From Hyphochytrium catenoides (taxonomy: Eukaryota > Protista > Hyphochytriomycota), in contig FLMG01001439.1 in NCBI GenBank assembly GCA_900088475.1, positions 1-34,573 on the forward strand: a stretch of DNA of 34,573 nt. Direction: 5' to 3'. The translations under genes were made by a program, and so were the position numbers. Below the pieces are notes generated by a model. The model had not been told where the DNA came from. It ran no database searches and saw nothing but the letters and a program-made list of their open reading frames with translations. Within the stretch, counting starts at the first letter, position 1; every line of letters starts with the position of its first letter. This document shows positions 27,088 to 34,573 of the stretch, one piece after another.

Positions 27088-27676
27088 CCTGGCGAAGTCA
27101 GGTCCTCCTATAGGCCAAACGCCTTGCCTTCTCTTCTCTCTGTCTTCTGCAGTAAGCACCTGCCAGGCGCCCTGGCAGAGTTTTTCTTCTAATTATCGAC
27201 TCTCTCTTCTCTTGAACGACCGGCAGAAGGCAGTCAAAGGCTAGAACTATGTCTCTTCTGGAGCTCTGGAGCTCTGAGCAGCATTCTGAAGCTTCAATGA
27301 GAAAACCCAAACCGCTGGACGTAACTCTGATCCTGGAGGATGCGTGGGCCCGCCATAATGGGTTGCTCGAGCACTTACTCAGGTTCATTGTTGCTCTTTA
27401 AGGCAGTGATTTAACACTGAGATTCTGTTTTTGCGGGTAATAAGGGTTGACTAGAGTTCGTTAACCAGGTTTGAAAATCGCCAATCCCAGGAAGCTCCAG
27501 AATGAAAATCTGAAGCTTCAGATAGAGATCATCGGAGCCAAGCGCGCTATCACGCCTTATGTTCAAAGGAGGCAGAGCATCAAAGGACAGGAAGGTAGCA
27601 TATGGGTCATAGGTTATAGGGAAGAGGCTACGAGAGACTGATTGGAGTGCCCTTAGGGCATAAGACGTAGACTATC

Positions 27677-29922
27677 ATGGGAAAGTCCAAGGGACATCTC
27701 AATCCGGCGGATGCCTACCGGAAAGAACTCAAGAAGAAGGTGTGAGCCCTGCAAACTAGGCCTTGTCGTCTACCCTGCCTCCTTCTTCTTCCAAGCATGC
27801 ACTGGTGCACTGACGAGGAGGACAATGTAGGAGATCAAGAAGAATAAGAAGGAGAGGCAACAAAAGCGCGAGATGACCGGTTTCATCAAGAATCCAGACT
27901 CAATGAAGGAGGAAATAGACAAGATCACAGCTCTAGAAGATAAAGGAAAAGCAGACATTAAGCAGATCAAGAGGAAAGAGTTTGTAAGTGTCCGTTCCTC
28001 TCACTACAAGCCGGAGCTGACGTCCGTCTTTTTGATCCATCCTCTCTCTCTTTGTCCTCTTTCACTTTCGGTCTCATTTACAATGTCTTGCTTCTCGTTC
28101 CTGCTGCCCTGACACACACACACACACACACTCTCTCTCTCTCCCTTTCTCTCTTTCTGTTTCTCTCTCTCTCATTTTGCTATATCCTTCTTCTAACAGT
28201 TGCTGGAAGCCTACGCCGCAGTGCTCAGAACTAAGAAGACTGTGAGTATCAGAGAGAAGGTCTACATAAGTTGAGAAGATGATGTGTTAGCGCCAGGCGA
28301 GAAGAGCAGGAAGAAAGAGTAGAGAGAAAGCGACGGAGTGAGCGCGTGAAATAGAGACTGTGAATCAGGAAGAGTGACAGAGAGAGAGAGAGAGAATAGA
28401 GAGAACTAGAGAAGTGAGGGAAGGCCGGAAGGTAATNNNNNNNNNNNNNNNNNNNNNNNNNNNNNNNNNNNNNNNNNNNNNNNNNNNNNNNNNNNNNNNN
28501 AAGCAGAGAGCACGTCGGCGCCTCCTCTCTCTGCAGAGCCTTATGCAGCTCAAGCCCCTCGGGTAGGGCAAGAATCCACTTATAGTTCGCCTCTGTCTCT
28601 CTCCTGCCAACGTCTTTCCTGTTTGCTCAACCTTCTCTCCCGTACTCCACGCCGCACGTCTCAATGCCTATAGTACGGCATTCCTTTTCTCTCTCTCTGT
28701 CTCGTTCTCGTCTCCCGCTCTTCCCTCTCGGCCTCTCGCTCTTCTCTCCCTCTGCCTCGCTTCTGCCTTCTCTCCTATTCTCTGTTCTGTGTACATTCTG
28801 TCTTTGCTCTGTCTGATTTCCCCTCGTTTAGAAGACGCTCAATATTCTCCCTGCCTATCATGTTATCTTCTCTTGTCCCTGACTAATTCACTCTATCTGC
28901 TCCTGTTAATCTCTTGTCCCTTCCTTTCTCTCCCTCCACTCTATCTCTCAAAACTTTCACACTCCTAGGGCGTCGGACACTATGGCCCGGGGCCCGCTTA
29001 CTATGGAATAACTCCTGGCGTGCCTCCGCCGCCGCCGCGAGGTTTCTCCCCTGGTCTTCCGCCGCCGCCGCCGCCTAGAGGCTACCCACCGGGGTTTCCG
29101 CCCCCACCACCTCCACTTGGAGGGCCATTTCCTCCTCCTCGTGCCTTTGCCCCAGGCTTTCCTCCGCCTCCTCCTCCTCCGCGACCGCCTCTCGGCCCTG
29201 GAGGCTATACGCCTCCGCCACCACCTCGAGGATTGCCGCCCGGTGTGCCTCCTCCCCCGCCTGGACCTCCGCCGCTGGGAGCTAGAAGGGAACAGACACC
29301 ACTTGGAGCCTTTCCCTCAGCAGGTTGAAAAAGCGATAGTCTATTCGTGTCCCCTGTCTCTGCTCACCTCCCCACTGTTGGTTGCTCTTATTCTTCTTGT
29401 GGGATTCTCTGTGTTTCTCTCTCTCTTTGCTTCTGGTTTCCTACGTTTGACTGCGTTCATTCTTCCCCATCTCTACTGTTTTGCGACGTTTCTCTCTTTT
29501 CCTGCTGTTGAAGAAGAGCTTAAGAGCTTTTCCCCGTGTGATTGTTCGTAACCTGTTCACTAACTGTTCCTCTGTCTCGCTCCTTTCATTTGCCAACTGC
29601 TCTAGGAACTGCCACTTCTTCGCACCCATCAGAGCCTAGAGCCGTCCCCCGTCCTTCGCTCTCTCTCGCCCCATCACCAATCCCTGCCAAGCCATCACCC
29701 GCTATTACGACGGACAAAGAGCTGGTCTCTTTAGTGCCTGCCGCTCTCCGCGTAAGACGGTCACAACCAGCAAAGAAGACATCAGTCAAAACCGCTTCTC
29801 TTTCTTCCTCTTCTCCCTCCCCAGCTCCTGTCCCTGCCGCACCGACAACATCATCTTCGTCATCTGTTAGCTCACACTACGATGCATTCATGGAAGAGAT
29901 GAGAAAGTTAGGTGCGCTCTGA
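27677..29922 (+). CDS. WBP11: WW domain-binding protein 11 (splicing factor) homolog
   Basis: N-terminus MGKSKGHLNPADAYRKELKKK|EIKKNKKERQQKRE. Poly-proline exon 28969-29323. C-terminus LVSLVPAALRVRR...YDAFMEEMRKLGAL*. Exons 27677-27739, 27831-27983, 28200-28240, an exon ending ~28562 whose start lies in the gap, 28969-29323, 29606-29922. Confidence 0.92.
28437..28500. other. Assembly gap (N run) inside WBP11
   Basis: 64 N. Confidence 1.
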
Positions 29923-30215
29923 ACCGGCCCGGGAGCTAGTATTTAGGGTTATTTATTCAATGTCTTCCTTTGTAAAATGGGGTTTAACGAGAGAATGACA
30001 CAGTTCGACCGCTGGCTGGGGTCTGACAAGTAAAGACTAGCGTTATTCCTCTCACGCAATTCTTCCCGCTATGAAGGGAAAGCCCATGAGGAATGGGAGA
30101 AAGGAGAGAGGAAAGAGATTGATTGCCTTACTTTCCCCAATATGTCGAGGATTTGCGATGGTGTTCGCGAAACGCAAGGAGAGAGAGAGAGAGAGAATGG
30201 CTTGCAGTGGGAGGA

Positions 30216-33200
30216 CTAGTGATCAAGCAGCTGCTCCACTTCCCTAATGTATCCTTCCATGGCCCATTCTCGTGACAAACCCTGGTCAATAAAGCAAAGA
30301 TAAAGGATTTTGTGAGAGGAAGAGAATCTTGAAAAGGCTAAAGGTTAGAACAGGATCAAGAGAGTCAAGACAATGAAGCGCCGCGCAGAAAGAGATGGAT
30401 AGGAGGGGAAGTAGCGAGAAAAGAAAGAGACAGAGCGGCTGACCTTCAAGCTATCCCAGGCGTCCCACTTCATTCTTTCTTTAGGAGCGAACATTCCTGG
30501 CCTTCGTCCTTGACAATCGCCAACCGTCGCCTATATAAAGGCGTTATGCCATGGAATTGGGGCCCAAAAGAAGGTGGAAAGGAAGAAAGAAGGGGCACAG
30601 AGAAGGGCTTCCATATAAAGACAATATTTGAATAATACAAAGAAGGTCATACTGAGTAGAGAAGAAGAAGTGTGACAGAAAGCAAAGCAGTAACTCGAGA
30701 AGAGAAAGAAAGTCTTAGAGTCGGGGCAGTACTACCATCTATAGAGTAGTGCTATATGAACAGCAGAGGGAGAGGAGAGCAGACACGGGGAGAGGGAGCA
30801 AACACGGGGAGGGAGAGAAAGAGGATAGCGGGTTCAGGCAGCGCACCTGCTTGTACAATCCATACAATCGGAGCAACACTTCTGCTGGCGGTGTCGGGCC
30901 ATTTGAGCGCTAGATGGGAACGATACCATGAGAACCCAGGCTTCCTGGACTGTCTCCAAAGAGGTATATGGGAAATGAAAGGCGCCAAGGGCAGTACCAG
31001 AAAAGAGAAAGAGCGGTAAACCGAAGAATGAAGAGCCAGAGATAATAGCCAAACTCTCCATGATCCCTCGTAGAAAGACATCTTTATAAGCCGTCTTCCA
31101 AGGGAATAGAAGCTCAAAAGAAAGAGCTTGACTGCAGACTGAGCTTACAAGGAGAATAAGAAGAAGAGGAGAGCTGTGCGCATCAAACAGGCTCTGGCAG
31201 GCAGAAAAGAGAGAGAGAGTGTGCGTGTGTGTTACTTGTCCTTGTGGGAGAGAGAGTAAGAGAGAGGATAAAGCCAGAACAGTGCTATGGAGAACGTAGG
31301 AGAGAGAGAAGAGTGGACCTTGACCCTCTCTGCAGCGTCCTCAAAGTCGTCTTCTAGTGTCCTCTGTCCTGCTATGACGACGTCTTCCACCTGCTGCCCC
31401 ACCCAGAGTTCTCCCTCGCCCTGATGTACCAGGTTTTGCCCCATAAAGACCTCTCCTGCGAACTCTCCAGCCAAGCCTAGTGCCTCGCCCGTCCTGCAGT
31501 GAAGCATATGTGGTGAGAGGGAGAGAGAGAGACAGAGCGGAGACAGAGAAAGAGACAGAAAGGGAAAAGTGTGTGTGTGAGAGAGACAGAGGCCCTGTTA
31601 CCTAAAACGTAGATGCGGTCAGAGGAAGGCAAGGCCATGGTAATAATAATCACATTTTGGGAAGAGACCCGCCACACGAAGAAGAAAGAGAGAGAGAGTA
31701 GCAAACAGTAAAAATAGAACAGTGAAGAACAGCCAAGAAAGGAAGAAGAAAGCACCTGAATTCCTTTAGAACGCGAGTGACGTCCACGCTTTGGTCCTTT
31801 TCTCCTCTCTCTTGATCAATCCCAGGCACAGAGCAGCGGCTGCACGGCTTAACCACAGAGAACGAAAGAGGGCCAATGCGAAGGCGCTTCCACGTATCTT
31901 CAGAGAAGGGAGAAGATACTCCTTTTACGACAATGCTAGAGTGGAGAGAAGAAGAGAGACGAGAGCCAAAGAGTTAGAGAGAGACACACACCCTGGCACA
32001 GCAGGGTGAACGGCCGAGAGAGGAGATAAAGAGGAGAGGAGAGGGAGAGAAGGAGAAAGAGAAACACTACTATCCGTGTCCAGGAGAAGTCATTCTACAG
32101 AGCCACACTAAGCTCGCAGAGGCGTCCTTAAGAGAAGCAGCGCCAGCCCTTCTGCTGGCGCTGGAAGGAACAGTCACGAAGGAAAGAGACTGAGTGGGAG
32201 ACTTTTAGTAAGGAGTAGGAGACCGTACTTTGGTCTAAAACGGTAAGGCGTGAGAGAGCACTGGCCTTTCCGGTTGAACTCATCGACGGACTCCTCAGAA
32301 AGTATCAAAAACGGAAAACCGTCCGCAAAACCTAAGCAATGAACGGTGCGGGAAAGAAGAGGAAGATGAGACAGCGCAAGCAGGGCAAGATTCCGCAAGT
32401 AGCCCAAGAACTTAGGAAGAGACAACACGATGCAGGAGACGAAATCGTAGAGAGAGAGAGAGAAAGAGAGCCAGCGACAGAGACACGAAGAATAGCAAAG
32501 AGATAATGAAGAGGTAGCCACAACGGTCTATGTTCCAGACATAAGACAGACGCAGGCCGAGTAGCGAGGCAACTATTAGAAGCAAGAAGAAAGAGCCATT
32601 GGGCCCGCGGACAACACCTTTTATCCCCAGAAAAGAAGCAGAACGCGCACAGCGAAGAGTAGAGTCACCAACTAGACAACCAAAGAGACTGAAGAGAGAG
32701 AGAGAGTCATGGCTACCTTTCCCCCAAGAAAAAAAGAGACAGTAAGGAAGAAAGGGGACTCAGACCTGTCTCTCCTTGAGGCGGCCTCTTGGCGTCTGTG
32801 GGGCGTACAAACCGTGGGTCAAACCTCACAAGGCGGCACCCTTCCGCCCACCTTCTGCCCTCTTCCCCGTCACTCTCTCTCTTTCCTCCACTTAAGAACG
32901 ATCTGAACCACTCTGCGGCTCTCTCTCCCTCATCGATAGCCTCGCATTCGTCTTTCCAGACTTTGACCAGACAGCAGTTGTCGTCTGTGGGCGGGGAAGG
33001 ACGGAGGATAAGGGGCTCTTGACCTGGGGCTCTAAACGTTATGGTCTGAGCCGGAAAGAGAGAGAGAGAGAGAAAGAAAACAAAAAGAAAGAATGGTGTT
33101 AGCTTCGAAACTGCAAAGAGAGAAACGAACTTCGTTCAGTAGACAACGGGATCTTAGAGCTGCTCCTGCTGGTGGTGACAAAGAGCGAGTAGAGACACGA

Positions 33201-33615
33201 GACAGAGAGACCCAAGGAGCGATAGAGAGACCCAAAGAGCGATAGAGAGACCCAAAGAGCGATGGAGAGAGGACAGATAAGCAAGCGTGCGCGCGAGAGA
33301 GAGAGAGCGAGAGAGAGAGAGAGAGAGAAAGAAAGAAGGCAGAGAGGAAATACGTGTGCTCTTGTCTCTCTCTTCTTCCTCACCACTTGGCCATCATCTT
33401 CTTCTTCTATGGAGGGCTCGATCAGCGCCATCTTCGGTAGTTTCCGCTGTGTTAAGAAGCGATAGTTGCTGTCCACCAGCAACCACTCCCGGTCGTACTT
33501 TAGTCCTCGCTCTAAGAGAGACGGAAGACGAGAAGAGGAAGAGAACACACGGGTGAGAGAGACAGACAGAGAGAATTGGAGAGTGAGGAGGAAGAGAGAG
33601 TAAGAGAGTAAGAGA

Positions 33616-33653
<38 letters not shown>

Positions 33654-34171
33654 TAATAGATGGACAAAGAAGCCCTTAGCCGACTAAAGGGGAGGACCGA
33701 GGTGACGCTGACATGGGAAGAAGAGAGACAAATGGAAAGCGGGAGACGGAGAAGGAACTTAGGAAAGTAGGGAGTTAAACAGAGACATGGCAAGAGAGAA
33801 GAGAGACCGGGAGGGAAGGACTGGCGGCTCTTACTTGTCACCTCAGCGCGCTGCAGCTGTATCCCCTTCGCTGACTTCAAAGGGTAGATCCAAAGCTGAG
33901 AGAGAAAGGGACCATCTTGCCTCTCTCCCTGGACCATCTCTCCTTTCTCTTTACCTTGGTCTGCAGGATCTGCCGTCTCTCTCTGTTGCTCTTTGTCTCT
34001 CCTCTCCACATCAAAGGAAGAGATGACGTTTCTCTTCCTCGGTACATGGAGAGAGGCATCCAGCTGGTGCTGGTCCTTAGCAATGAGGTAGGAGCGAATG
34101 ATGAGAAGAATTGCAAGGCCTCCGAAGAGAGAGAGAAAGAGAATGGCGTTGTCTGTCGCCACATAATGTCC
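30216..34171 (-). CDS. mARC/MOSC-family molybdoenzyme (TM-MOSC_N-MOSC) fused to a C-terminal acyl-CoA-binding (ACBP) domain; 5' end not resolved
   Basis: Exons 34171-33835, 33511-33384, 33045-32766, 32331-32229, 31935-31756, 31493-31319, 30909-30847, 30530-30444, 30281-30216, all GT-AG and phase-consistent. TM: AILFLSLFGGLAILLII. MOSC motifs: LWIYPLKSAKG, DREWLLVD, FLTQR, AAEWF, FADGFPFLI, RFRPNIVV, FSEDTW, KPCSRC, FMGQNL. ACBP motifs: FEDAAERVK, LYGLYKQATVGD, PGM, KWDAW, GLSREWAMEGYI. Confidence 0.9.
33204..33263. repeat. Intronic 20-bp minisatellite x3 (agagagacccaaagagcgat)
   Basis: Three adjacent copies with one substitution. Confidence 0.92.
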
Positions 34172-34573
34172 CTGCAAGATGGAAACAGTTGTGCGTGGAT
34201 GTATTAGACACATAAATAAGAGAGAGAGAGATATATAAACCCCAAGCAGAGACAAAACACTGGGTGGAAGAAGGGGACAGGAGAGAAAGCAAGAGAGAGA
34301 GAGAGAGAGAGAGAGAGGGACCAACATGTCCAGCATAAAAGTGGAGGAAAGACAAGATAGGAGGTGGGACCTTTTCAGACAACAGGACAGAAGCTGCAGA
34401 AATGTGGCTTGGCGCCAGAGAGTGCTCAAAGAGAGGCGAATGGCTGAAGATGATGAGAAAGAGAAAGAGAGAGAGAGAGAGAGAAAGAGAATCATTACGC
34501 TACCCCTAAAAAGAAAGGCTTTCCCAGAAGTTGTCCCTGGAACTGCGGTCCGACCTCTAAAGTTTGGCGGTAC

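Noticed and set aside
30752-31117. 121-aa minus ORF as the mARC C-terminus
   Set aside because: It is mostly intronic. The true exon (30909-30847) is in a different frame and encodes the ACBP LYGLYKQ motif.

Overview
Gene-dense, intron-rich eukaryotic nuclear DNA. It is probably from a flagellated protist, possibly a stramenopile; the taxon is inference only. It uses the standard genetic code and canonical GT-AG introns, and most introns and UTRs are filled with (GA)n/(CT)n tracts, which explains most of the supplied ORF track. Manual splicing gives ten genes in strictly alternating orientation: PX-domain AGC kinase (+), tandem DEK-C/PDZ/coiled-coil protein (-), MYND-CSRNP-like protein with an inserted SAP domain (+), UVR-like coiled-coil protein (-), roadblock/LC7 dynein light chain (+), V-ATPase subunit G (-), COA3-like (+), AROS-like (-), WBP11 (+) and a membrane-anchored mARC/MOSC enzyme (-). 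An unresolved eleventh locus may lie at about 2.4-4.1 kb. The most notable observation is that the mARC/MOSC reading frame runs without a stop into a complete C-terminal acyl-CoA-binding (ACBP) domain. That domain is split over small exons the ORF track misses, so this is a candidate molybdoenzyme/acyl-CoA fusion. Also notable are the MYND-RVxF-CSRNP(SAP) architecture, the head-to-head gene pairs that appear to share functions, complementary GA/CT intron tracts, and two compositionally distinct islands (1-2350, about 12780-14200) that share a decayed 'YYWG' coding relic.
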